From: an uncultured candidatus Porisulfidus sp.
GTDB taxonomy: Bacteria > Pseudomonadota > Gammaproteobacteria > Poriferisulfidales > Poriferisulfidaceae
Direction of reading: 5' to 3'
Assembly: GCA_965116025.1 (NCBI GenBank)
Contig: OZ220480.1
Span: 1,696,001 to 1,760,000, forward strand
Length of the DNA stretch: 64,000 bases
The notes under the pieces were generated by a model that worked only from the letters and a program-made list of their open reading frames with translations, was not told the origin of the DNA and made no database searches. How positions within the stretch are numbered: position 1 is the first letter of the stretch; each line of letters opens with the position of its first letter. The position numbers and the translations under genes are program-made. This document shows positions 10,781 through 19,811 of the stretch, in pieces.

Positions 10781-11793
10781 TGCCTGAGCGGGAAATTCCG
10801 GCTTGGCTAGACCCGATCTGGGAGCGGTGGAGGACCGTCTATCTGGAGGGGCGATTGCCGCACGCGATATTAATTACGGGGCCGGCCGGAGTCGGCAAGC
10901 GCTGGCTGGTCGAGGCGTTCGTGCGCGGAGTTCAATGCCACGCTCCAACGGAGCGAGGATTGCCCTGTGGGGAATGTCCGTCGTGCAAGCAATACGTATC
11001 GCGCCACCAGCTCGAGAAAAAGTCCCATCCTGATATAGATTGGCTGACGGTCGCTCGCTACTCTATCGGAATTAACGATATCCGGGAGCAAGTCATCCAG
11101 AGACTGACCCTCAAGGCGAATTACGGGCGCATGAGGCTTTTGGTGATCGAGCCCGCCGAGAGAATGACCCGGGCGGCCTCGAACGCGTTGCTGAAAAGCC
11201 TTGAGGAGCCCCCTCCTAACACGGCGCTTTTCCTGATCAGCCACCAGCCAGGGCGCTTGCTGGCGACGATCCGCAGTCGTTGCCAGAAGTATGCCGTGCC
11301 GCAGCCGGGCCCGGAGCGGAGCGCGGAATGGCTTGCCAACTTCATGACTCTGGAGCAGGCCAAGGATACCCTGAAGGCTGGAGGCGGCATGCCGATGAGG
11401 GCTCTGGATATGCATCAGAGCGGACAGGTGGAGTTTCGGAATGAATTCGAGCAGGGCTTGCGCGAGGTTCTCACGGGGAAACTTTCGGAAACGGATTTCG
11501 CGAGCGAATGGAATTCTGGTGCCCAAGGCAAGCCGAAAAGCAAACAGGGGAGCGAGCGGGCGTGGGAAGATATCTCCATGGATTTGCGCTTGGTCTGGAT
11601 GATGGACCAGATCGTGGAAGAGGCGCGGAAGAGAGCATCCGAACGCGCTGTAGCGCGCGACTTCCGGGCTGTTCTGAACGCGTACCAGTGGCTGTTGGAG
11701 ATCCGGGCGAGAGAGGCGGCCATACCCGCGCCCCAGTTAAATCTGGAGGCGGCGTGCCTGGCGTTCGCGAGCGCCTTTCGGCGCGCTGGCTAG
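10780..11793 (+). CDS. holB: DNA polymerase III subunit delta'
   Basis: PHAILITGPAGVGK, Zn-finger C..PCGECPSC, HPD, NALLKSLEEP, TIRSRC. Confidence 0.93.
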   Translation: MPEREIPAWLDPIWERWRTVYLEGRLPHAILITGPAGVGKRWLVEAFVRGVQCHAPTERGLPCGECPSCKQYVSRHQLEKKSHPDIDWLTVARYSIGINDIREQVIQRLTLKANYGRMRLLVIEPAERMTRAASNALLKSLEEPPPNTALFLISHQPGRLLATIRSRCQKYAVPQPGPERSAEWLANFMTLEQAKDTLKAGGGMPMRALDMHQSGQVEFRNEFEQGLREVLTGKLSETDFASEWNSGAQGKPKSKQGSERAWEDISMDLRLVWMMDQIVEEARKRASERAVARDFRAVLNAYQWLLEIRAREAAIPAPQLNLEAACLAFASAFRRAG

Positions 11794-12929
11794 AGGTCGC
11801 CGTCGAGAATCTCCTGTAGAGTCTCCAGCGCGCGTTGCAGAGAGGCTTCTGGAGTGTAGAAATGCGGAGAGAAGCGGATCCCCCCGCCGCGCGCCGCGCA
11901 GAGAACGCCGCGCTCCAACAGTTTCTCACACACCTTTCCGCTCTCATGGCGGGGAGTGGAGAACGTCAGAATCCCGGCGCGTCGGGAGGGGTTGGCAGGG
12001 GTTAGGATTTTGCAACCCAAGGTGCGCAGGGCCTGATCGATCTGCCGCACCCGGTCCGCTATGCGCTCCTCGACCTCCGTCATGCCAACCTCGCGCAGCA
12101 AGTCTAAGCTGGCTCGCAGAGCATGGATTCCCAGCGTGTTCAAGCTCCCGCACTCGAACCGGCGAGCATCTGGAGATATTTCCCAGGTCGCTTGGTCATA
12201 CTGCCCGGCCTGCGCGACCATGTGCCAGCCGTATTGCGATAGTCTCAGCCGTTCATACAAATCTGGGCGAACCCAGAACAACGCGACGCCCTCCGGTCCC
12301 AGCATCCATTTGTGGGCATCCGCGGTGAGAAAATCGATTTCGCTGTCGCGCGCGCTGATCCTGTGCGCGCCTAGGCTTTGAATCGCGTCGACGAAGAATA
12401 GGGTAGGGATGCCGCGCAGGGCATGGCCCAGCCGAGAAAGGTTCATCTTGAGCCCAGATCCATATTGCACTGAACTGGTCGTCAGGACCCGAGTGCGCGA
12501 ATCCACCTGATCGAGCAGCGCTTCCTCCGGGCAATCCGCCGTGTCGACATCCACTCGTCGAATCTCGATCGAATGCCGCGCGGCTACTGCCTCCCATGGT
12601 ATCCGGTTCGAGGGAAACTCTTCCCGCGCCAGAACGACATTGTCTCCCGGTTGCCAGTCCAGTCCGAACGCCACGGTGGAAATTCCTTCCGATGTGTTCT
12701 TGAGGAAAGCGATCTCGTCTTTCGAATCCACGTCCATCAGCCAACAGCCAAGTTCGCGCAATTTTTCTTCCTCGCGCAGCCACGCGTCGTAACGCCGGGT
12801 GCTCCAGCCCGCGTTTTCGTACGCGAATCGAGTCACGGCCTTGACGGCCGCCCTCGGCCAAGGAGCGACTCCAGCATGGTTCAAGTGAACCAGGTCTGGA
12901 TTCAGCTCAAATAATTCGCTGTACGACAT
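11790..12929 (-). CDS. Class V PLP-dependent aminotransferase / C-S lyase-like protein
   Basis: LNHAGVAP, NTSEG, EFPSN, VDAIQSLG, DAHKWMLGPEG, IRFSPHFY. Confidence 0.85.
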   Translation of the reverse strand: MSYSELFELNPDLVHLNHAGVAPWPRAAVKAVTRFAYENAGWSTRRYDAWLREEEKLRELGCWLMDVDSKDEIAFLKNTSEGISTVAFGLDWQPGDNVVLAREEFPSNRIPWEAVAARHSIEIRRVDVDTADCPEEALLDQVDSRTRVLTTSSVQYGSGLKMNLSRLGHALRGIPTLFFVDAIQSLGAHRISARDSEIDFLTADAHKWMLGPEGVALFWVRPDLYERLRLSQYGWHMVAQAGQYDQATWEISPDARRFECGSLNTLGIHALRASLDLLREVGMTEVEERIADRVRQIDQALRTLGCKILTPANPSRRAGILTFSTPRHESGKVCEKLLERGVLCAARGGGIRFSPHFYTPEASLQRALETLQEILDGDL

Positions 12930-12979
12930 GGATCACTCGGTTATACTTTGACCGTCACCATACGGGCGATATCGCGGTC

Positions 12980-14005
12980 GTGTCGAGCAGGTTTTTCTGG
13001 AAAGTTCTCTGGGGCGGAGTGGCTCTCGCCCTGAACGGCTCCATCGCTAGCGGCGAAGTTCTGGATCTCCCGCAAAACGGAGATTCGGTGCTGGGAAATT
13101 CTTACGACATCACGACGAGCTACGGAGAAACGACTCTGATATTGGCCCAGTTGCATCAGATTGGATATCATGAGTTATTGTCGGCCAATCCAGATGTGCA
13201 TACGTGGATGCCTGGAGAAGGCGCACGAGTCCACATCCCCAGGCGATATATTCTACCGGGGGAGACTCGAACGGGCTTGGTGCTGAATCTCGCGGAATTG
13301 CGACTTTACTATTATGACCAAGATCCTGGCGGGAGATCACAGGTTCGAACCTATCCGATCAGTGCCGGACGGGTCGACTGGGTGACGCCCATCGGCAAGA
13401 CTCGAGTTCTGGACCGCCTTGAGAATCCAAACTGGTATCCACCGAAATCCGTTATTCTCGAGCACGAGGCGGCGGGGAGAGAACTGTCGAAGGTGGTGCC
13501 TCCGGGTAGCGACAATCCTCTTGGGCGGTATGCCCTGATGCTTGAGGCCGATGGCTATTTCATCCATGGAACGAACCGGGAGCAGGGTATCGGGATGAGA
13601 GTCACGCACGGATGCATTCGGCTACGCTCCGACGATATCGCCGAGTTGATCTACCGAGTTCCAATCAACACGCCGGTGGAAATCATCTCAATGCCGATCA
13701 AAGTCGGGCTATTGAATGGCATCGTCTACATGGAGGCGCACGCCAAGCCTTTGGAGGAGTTCCCGATGCCGGAGAAGAACCCGACGCTTGAGGAAACTGA
13801 TATTCTGCAGCCGATGCTCGCCTTGGAAGAGCAGTTACCCGCAGGGGAATACGTCATCTACTGGGAGAAAGTGATGGATATCGCGCGGCGCCGCCTCGGA
13901 GCGCCCGCCGCGGTAGGCTGGAATCGCGAGACGCTACAAGCGGCCGTTCCAGAGGGAAGGCCGGAATTGTTGTGGAGTCTGGACAAGCCCGAAGGCTCCA
14001 GTTAA
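12980..14005 (+). CDS. L,D-transpeptidase (ErfK/YbiS/YcfS/YnhG family)
   Basis: Signal peptide, LysM-like segment, NLAELRLYYY, PPGSDNPLG, catalytic FIHGTN...THGCIRL. Confidence 0.92.
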   Translation: MSSRFFWKVLWGGVALALNGSIASGEVLDLPQNGDSVLGNSYDITTSYGETTLILAQLHQIGYHELLSANPDVHTWMPGEGARVHIPRRYILPGETRTGLVLNLAELRLYYYDQDPGGRSQVRTYPISAGRVDWVTPIGKTRVLDRLENPNWYPPKSVILEHEAAGRELSKVVPPGSDNPLGRYALMLEADGYFIHGTNREQGIGMRVTHGCIRLRSDDIAELIYRVPINTPVEIISMPIKVGLLNGIVYMEAHAKPLEEFPMPEKNPTLEETDILQPMLALEEQLPAGEYVIYWEKVMDIARRRLGAPAAVGWNRETLQAAVPEGRPELLWSLDKPEGSS

Positions 14006-14037
14006 AGAAAAAGAGCCTGAAGCAGGCTCTTTTTCTT
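14005..14037. terminator. Bidirectional intrinsic terminator
   Basis: aagaaaaagagcctg-aag-caggctctttttctt: 15-bp perfect inverted repeat with A/T tails on both sides, between convergent genes. Confidence 0.9.
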
Positions 14038-14056
14038 GATGAGGCGATGCCGAATC

Positions 14057-14374
14057 TTACTTCTTCTGCATGTCGTGCATCATCGTGTTGAGGCGATGCG
14101 AATTCGCGTCGCAGCAGGAAATCGCCATCCGCGCCAACTCGTCAGCCGTCTTGGCCATCTCGTTAGCTTGGAACGCGATGTGATCCGCCGCTTTGGCCAT
14201 CCGCAACGCTTCATCCGCGGTCGACTGAGCCGCGCCCGCGGCCGCTTGGGCCTCGGCAACCTGAGAATCCAACGTTGCGAGGTGATCTTTGACCGCCTGA
14301 GGAACGCCGCATCCAGTGAGGAAGGCACCACTCAAGATAGCCCCGAAAGCTAATGCCTTTGCTTTGTTTTCCAT
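14057..14374 (-). CDS. Lpp/OprI-like alanine-zipper outer-membrane lipoprotein
   Basis: MENKAKAL...FLTGC lipobox, Ala-rich zipper (AQAAAGAAQSTADEALRMA), C-terminal ...MQKK; adjacent to an L,D-transpeptidase. Confidence 0.85.
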   Translation of the reverse strand: MENKAKALAFGAILSGAFLTGCGVPQAVKDHLATLDSQVAEAQAAAGAAQSTADEALRMAKAADHIAFQANEMAKTADELARMAISCCDANSHRLNTMMHDMQKK

Positions 14375-14972
14375 ATCAACTCCAGAGTTGTGTTGTTTTG
14401 TTTTATAAGTGCACTTTTTGCGGCGCGTATCACTGATTATGCCATCAGCAGCAGGCACCGGCGGAGTGATTGTACAAACTTAATGGAAATATATCAACCG
14501 GCGCGTTGCTTGGAGGTTTCGGCGAAATTTGCGATATTCCATGAACGAGCGTTGGGATACGCTTGAAAGCATGCTCTTATGGGCAGGCATTGGCAAGGAA
14601 ATGAGGCCAGTGCGAAACCTTACCTTATTCGGAGAAGCGGAAAATGACTGGCGCGTTTCTTCGCATTTGCCAATCGCGTCAACCGCAAATCCAAGCGGAA
14701 ATAATGAGCCTTGAGGGTGTCCACCTTCCATGCGGCCGCGCGCCATTGATAAAATTTTGCTGAAAGTGCTCTGGTATCGTCCGAATCGAATCTGGACCGG
14801 TGTCGTTGGGTTGTCGAACCATGCAGTCAAAACAGGATGCGCCCGGCCGGTTTTTCGCTTGGGCGGGCTGAAGTTTCCGTGCTGGCGCGGTTTCGAGCCG
14901 CTTGGGCTGCTTTGCTGGCTGTTTCATTCGCATCCGCTTGGAGCGAGACGCGCCGAAATGATCGCTCACTAT

Positions 14973-15000
14973 ACTTCGCATAAGGAATATTATGTAAAGT
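14973..15000 (+). other. dif-like XerC/XerD recombination site
   Basis: ACTTCGCATAA-GGAATA-TTATGTAAAGT versus E. coli dif GGTGCGCATAA-TGTATA-TTATGTTAAAT (8/11, 4/6, 9/11). Lies in a ~700-bp AT-richer non-coding gap. Confidence 0.85.
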
Positions 15001-15072
15001 TTTTAGTTTTTCAGGGCGCGGTCGCGCGCTTCTGCGGTACTATGGAGACGCGAACCGAAACCCAGTCAGACC

Positions 15073-15861
15073 ATGCGTATCTCTCTTCTTTCCGACACTC
15101 ATCAGAACTTTGGCGATTCCAGCGAATGGCCGTATCCACTGCCGGACCACGATGTCCTGGCGCTCGCCGGCGATATCTCGGAATACGTCGACCACGCCGT
15201 GAGCCTCAGCGCGGTTCTCGAGCACTATCGCTCGCGAACGGACCGCCCAATACTGTATCTGCCTGGGAACCACGAGTTTTATCACCAGGACTACGATCAG
15301 GCTCTGGACTGGATCCGGCGCGACACGGATCGGCTTGGCATCGAGTTTCTGAATTGCCGTAGCGTCCAATATGGCGACGTAGCGTTCCATGGATGCACTT
15401 TGTGGTCCGATTTCACGCTATTCGGAGCTGAGCAAGCGGACTTATTCGGGTTTCACGCCGAGCGATCAATTAACGATTTTCGCGTGATCAAATTCAAGAA
15501 CAGGTCTTTTCGCCGCGCTGACTGCGCTGGGCTGCATCGCCAGGAGCGCGCTTGGCTTGAGGGCTCCTTGGCTTCCACAAAGGCCCAGAGCAACGTGGTC
15601 ATCACGCATTTCGCGCCAGTTTCTCAATGCGTTCCCGCTCGCTACCAAGGGGATCGTTTGAATCCTTATTTCGTTGCTGGGTGCGAAGACATAGTGGCTC
15701 GCTTCGAGCCCGATTTCTGGCTATACGGCCATATCCACCAAGCTGCTGACTTCACGCTGGGAAAAACTAGATTTATTAATAATGCTCGATGTTATCCAAA
15801 TGAAAATTCAGGATATGACTTTGACCCAAACAAATTGATCGAGGTGGAGAATTCCGCCTAG
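15073..15861 (+). CDS. Calcineurin-like metallophosphoesterase
   Basis: SDTH, LAGDI, PGNHEFY, ITHFAP, YGHIH motifs. Confidence 0.9.
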   Translation: MRISLLSDTHQNFGDSSEWPYPLPDHDVLALAGDISEYVDHAVSLSAVLEHYRSRTDRPILYLPGNHEFYHQDYDQALDWIRRDTDRLGIEFLNCRSVQYGDVAFHGCTLWSDFTLFGAEQADLFGFHAERSINDFRVIKFKNRSFRRADCAGLHRQERAWLEGSLASTKAQSNVVITHFAPVSQCVPARYQGDRLNPYFVAGCEDIVARFEPDFWLYGHIHQAADFTLGKTRFINNARCYPNENSGYDFDPNKLIEVENSA

Positions 15862-16625
15862 AGATATTCGTTCCGCAAGACTCCAATTCCCTCTATTTCC
15901 ACTTCCACGGTACAGCCGCGCGGCATCGGGCCAAGCCCGCTCGAAGTCCCGCAGCAAATCACGTCTCCCGGGTGCAGCGTCATATTCGCGGACAATCTTG
16001 AGACGATTTCCGCGGGCGACATTATCATGTCTGAAGCGGGATAACGCTGTCTCTCCTCGCCATCGACCCGGGTCACGATTTCCAAATCCCGGTAATCCAG
16101 GCCGGTCGCTACGACGGGCCCAAATACGCCGAAAGTGTCGAATCCTTTCGCCCGCGTCCACTGATCAAAGCCCGCGTATTCCTTCAGCAAGCTGAACGCG
16201 GTGACATCGTTGACGCAGGTATAGCCGAAAATAGCCCGTCTCGCCGTGTCCGGGGAAATTTCGCGCGCGGTTCGCCCGATGACGATCCCGACCTCGCCTT
16301 CATAAAATGCGTCTTCCTCAACTGATATCGGGTGCCGGATCCGCTCGCCGGTCGCCAGAAATGAGGAGTTCGCCTTGAACAGATATAGCGGGGTCTCCGG
16401 ATGCTGGAGCCCTTTCTCGTCGGCCAAGGCCCGGTAATTGTTCCAAAGCGCGGGCATTTTGCTTGGCGCGGTCGGGGTCAGCACGCGAATCGCGTCCAAT
16501 GCGACCGTCTCGCCCGTCAATTCTGGGGCCGCGAACATGTCGCCCTCCCCTACCAAGATGGTGGAATCCTCCAATTGACCGAAACCCGTTCGGCCACCTC
16601 GCTCGAAACGAACCCAGCGCGTCAT
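15858..16625 (-). CDS. Fumarylacetoacetate hydrolase family protein
   Basis: YEGEVGIVIG, GYTCVNDVT, RAKGFDTF, TLHPGDVICCGT. Confidence 0.9.
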   Translation of the reverse strand: MTRWVRFERGGRTGFGQLEDSTILVGEGDMFAAPELTGETVALDAIRVLTPTAPSKMPALWNNYRALADEKGLQHPETPLYLFKANSSFLATGERIRHPISVEEDAFYEGEVGIVIGRTAREISPDTARRAIFGYTCVNDVTAFSLLKEYAGFDQWTRAKGFDTFGVFGPVVATGLDYRDLEIVTRVDGEERQRYPASDMIMSPAEIVSRLSANMTLHPGDVICCGTSSGLGPMPRGCTVEVEIEGIGVLRNEYL

Positions 16626-17593
16626 GCGTAAACGACTTGGCGCGCCGTTTCGCGTAAAGATCGAAGGGCCGACGCGGAAGAGTTAGGACAGGCGGTGGCC
16701 CGTCTCCACTCTTTCGCGCCTGGAACTCCCCGGAAGAGCCTCGCGATATGGCGCGTCATTCGAGCCAACGGAATCCCCTCCTCACATTGCTCTTCTAAAT
16801 ATGGCAAGTAAGCATCAAGCGCTTCCAGTGGCGTCTTTGGCGTTTCCGCTTCTGATTCTGGAAACAACGCCCTCTGGATCTTTCGAATCGCCCAGTGGTC
16901 CTCGCATGCCAACCGCCCGACCATCACCCCGTCGACTCGGGACAGGTGCATTCGCGCGTCCTCAATGGAATGAATACCGCCGTTGATCACGATGAATAAG
17001 TCCGGGAACTCGCGCTTCAACGCCCAGACTCGGTCGTAATTCAGGGGTGGAATCGCGCGATTCTGTCTTGGGTTAAGTTTGGAAAGCATGGCGACGCGCG
17101 CATGCACGTAAAACGTTCGGCAACCTGCGTCCGAAACGGTCTGAATGAATTTCGTCAGGGATTCCTCAGTGTCTTGCTGGTCCACGCCAATACGGCATTT
17201 CACCGTCACCGGCACTTGGGCTTTCGCCCGCATCGCGGCCACGCAATCCGCGACCCTGGCTGGCTCTTTCATAAGGCAAGCCCCGAAGCGTCCCGCGGAG
17301 ACGCGACCGCTTGGACAGCCAACATTCAGATTCACTTCGTCATAGCCATACTGCTGGGCGATTTCGGCGCAGAGAGCCAGCTCGTTCGGGTCGCTGCCTC
17401 CGAGCTGGAGCGCGACCGGTCGCTCGGCGGAATTGAATTTCAGCAAGGATTCGGCGTTCCCATGCAACATGGCCCCCGTTGTGACCATTTCGGTGAACAG
17501 CCAAGCGTGCGGCGACAGGATCCTCAGGAAATACCGAAAATGCCGGTCCGTGCGGTCCATCATCGGGGCAATGCAGAAAACTCGCTTGTACAT
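16622..17593 (-). CDS. dusA: tRNA dihydrouridine(20/20a) synthase
   Basis: APMMDRTDRHFRYF, LQLGGSDP, NLNVGCPSGRV, TVKCRIG, NRAIPPLNY. Confidence 0.93.
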   Translation of the reverse strand: MYKRVFCIAPMMDRTDRHFRYFLRILSPHAWLFTEMVTTGAMLHGNAESLLKFNSAERPVALQLGGSDPNELALCAEIAQQYGYDEVNLNVGCPSGRVSAGRFGACLMKEPARVADCVAAMRAKAQVPVTVKCRIGVDQQDTEESLTKFIQTVSDAGCRTFYVHARVAMLSKLNPRQNRAIPPLNYDRVWALKREFPDLFIVINGGIHSIEDARMHLSRVDGVMVGRLACEDHWAIRKIQRALFPESEAETPKTPLEALDAYLPYLEEQCEEGIPLARMTRHIARLFRGVPGAKEWRRATACPNSSASALRSLRETARQVVYA

Positions 17594-17800
17594 GGCGCTC
17601 CTTGGTGGCTAATTGTAGATCAACGCTTCAGGCGTGCTGTGTTATTGGAACTGCGCGACCTCCCTGACGACGTTCAGGGAGAAGCCGAAAATCCGGCAGC
17701 CCGGACTGGACCAGATGGCGCGATACGGCCATGTTGATCTGGACTCTATGGTCTTTCGTCTCGGAAAGCGTCCTTGGAATTCAGAGACTGTTCTATAGTA

Positions 17801-18760
17801 ATGCTCCACGCGAGATTTCCCTCTACAGTGAATCCCCCCTCTCCATTCGCGCTCCAGATCAAGGATCTCAGAAAGACTTACGCCAATGGCGTGGAGGCGT
17901 TGCGCGGGATTGACTTGGAAGTGAAGAGCGGAGATTTTTTCGCGCTCCTTGGGCCTAATGGCGCGGGAAAATCGACCGCTATCGGCATCATCTCCTCGCT
18001 GGTGACGTTTTCTGAGGGCTACGTTTCGATCTTCGGGCACGACATCATCCGCGAGTATGGGCCCGCTCGCGCCTGCCTAGGGTTGGTTCCGCAGGAATTC
18101 AATTTCAATCAATTCGACCGAATTGACGAGATCATCATGCACCAAGCCGGATATTACGGCATTCGCCGCAAGGACGCGGCAGAGCGAGCGCGAAGGCTTT
18201 TGGGACAATTCGACCTATGGGACAAACGCTCCGTAATGGCTCGCGAATTGTCAGGGGGCATGAAGCGGAGGCTGATGATCGCGCGGGCCATGGTGCATGA
18301 GCCGCCTCTCCTGATTCTGGACGAGCCGACCGCTGGGGTGGATCTGGAAATCCGCCATACTCTCTGGCGTTACCTTAAGGAAATTAATTCTCAAGGCACG
18401 ACCATCATCCTGACCACGCACTACCTCGAGGAGGCGGAGCAACTGTGTCGAACCATCGCGATAATATCCAACGGGCGAATTCGAGCCGACACGACCATGC
18501 GCGATCTTCTGGATCAACTTGATTCGGAGCATTTCGTGCTGTACTTGGACTCTCCCCTCTCCCGTTGTCCGCAAGTGGACGGCTATGCCCTGCACAGTCC
18601 CGATCCGCGCACGTTGGAGGCCACGATCAGCAAAGGCGCCGACCTGAGCCGCCTCTTCGACGAACTCAGTGGCCATGGCATAAAGGTCGTCAGCATGAAG
18701 AACAGGACCAACCGACTGGAGAAGCTTTTCCTGCAACTGGTCGGGCATCGTTTTGATTGA
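17801..18760 (+). CDS. ABC transporter ATP-binding protein (YadG-like); start uncertain (17801 or 17828)
   Basis: GPNGAGKST, LVPQEFNF, LSGGMKRRLMIARA, ILDEPTAGVD, TTHYLEEAE. Confidence 0.9.
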   Translation: MLHARFPSTVNPPSPFALQIKDLRKTYANGVEALRGIDLEVKSGDFFALLGPNGAGKSTAIGIISSLVTFSEGYVSIFGHDIIREYGPARACLGLVPQEFNFNQFDRIDEIIMHQAGYYGIRRKDAAERARRLLGQFDLWDKRSVMARELSGGMKRRLMIARAMVHEPPLLILDEPTAGVDLEIRHTLWRYLKEINSQGTTIILTTHYLEEAEQLCRTIAIISNGRIRADTTMRDLLDQLDSEHFVLYLDSPLSRCPQVDGYALHSPDPRTLEATISKGADLSRLFDELSGHGIKVVSMKNRTNRLEKLFLQLVGHRFD

Positions 18761-18766
18761 GCACCC

Positions 18767-19540
18767 ATGCCGCTAAGACAGCAATTCATAGCCCTTCAGA
18801 GCCTCCTCATCCGGGAGTATCTGCGCTTCACGCGCATCTGGATCCAAACTCTCCTGCCACCGGCGATCACGACCGTTCTGTATTTCATTATTTTCGGGGA
18901 ACTGATCGGCTCGCAGTTGGCTGATATCGAAGGCTACCGCTATATGGACTATATCGCCCCCGGCTTGATTCTGATGTCCGTCATCACCAACGCTTACGCC
19001 AACGTGGTCTCCTCATTCTATAGCGCGAAATTTCAGCGCCATATCGAGGAACTGCTGGTCTCTCCCGTCCCAAACTACGTGATCTTGGCCGGTTTCGTCG
19101 GCGGCGGCATCATGCGCGGGCTGTCCGTAGGGTTGGTCGTCGCCGGAGTGACCATTTTCTTCGCCGAAATTCCTCTGTCTCATCCAGGCTTGATCTTAGG
19201 GGTTTCCGCGCTGACATGCGTTTTGTTCTCCCTCGCTGGGTTCATTAACGGTATTTACGCGAAGAGCTTCGATGATATCTCGATCATTCCAACGTTCGTC
19301 TTGACTCCCTTGACTTATCTGGGAGGAATTTTTTACTCGTTGGACATGCTTTCACCTTTTTGGCAGCAAGTTTCCCTGTTCAACCCGATCCTGCACATGA
19401 TCGGGCTGTTTCGTTATGGCTGGATGGACATCCAGGAAGTGGACGCGCTCAACTCCTTGCTTCTGATCATCGTGGTTATCGCGACGCTGGCGTTCGCGTG
19501 CTTGAGACTGCTCAAGCGTGGTACCGGAATTCGGTCTTGA
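18767..19540 (+). CDS. ABC-2 transporter permease (YadH-like)
   Basis: RIWIQTLLPPAIT, PGLILMSVITNAYANVVSSF, PTFVLTPLTYLGG. Confidence 0.9.
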   Translation: MPLRQQFIALQSLLIREYLRFTRIWIQTLLPPAITTVLYFIIFGELIGSQLADIEGYRYMDYIAPGLILMSVITNAYANVVSSFYSAKFQRHIEELLVSPVPNYVILAGFVGGGIMRGLSVGLVVAGVTIFFAEIPLSHPGLILGVSALTCVLFSLAGFINGIYAKSFDDISIIPTFVLTPLTYLGGIFYSLDMLSPFWQQVSLFNPILHMIGLFRYGWMDIQEVDALNSLLLIIVVIATLAFACLRLLKRGTGIRS

Positions 19541-19600
19541 ACGGAGCTTGATTCCTCGAACGGGTTTTTGCGCCCGGCACTCGAGAGCGAGCATGAAAGC

Positions 19601-19676
19601 TGGCGTCCCCAAGGGGATTCGAACCCCTGTTGCCGCCGTGAAAGGGCGGTGTCCTAGGCCTCTAGACGATGGGGAC
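19601..19676 (-). tRNA. tRNA-Glu (anticodon TTC)
   Basis: GTCCCCATCGTCTAGAGGCCTAGGACACCGCCCTTTCACGGCGGCAACAGGGGTTCGAATCCCCTTGGGGACGCCA; cloverleaf with encoded CCA; downstream of gltX. Confidence 0.97.
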
Positions 19677-19811
19677 CGTGCGGTTAAACCCGCACTTTAG
19701 ACAAAAGCGCGAGATACGTCAAATCACCGGACAGGGATTTCCGCTTTCTTCGGGATGTCGCTGGACCCACTTGGAAAATCCCACGTTCCGGTCACGCCAT
19801 GGAACGTCCGG

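Noticed and set aside
14480-15390. ORFs 14480-14830, 14679-14981, 14730-15362 and 15040-15390
   Set aside because: No recognisable motifs or RBS, mutually overlapping, and some span the dif site or the real phosphoesterase gene.
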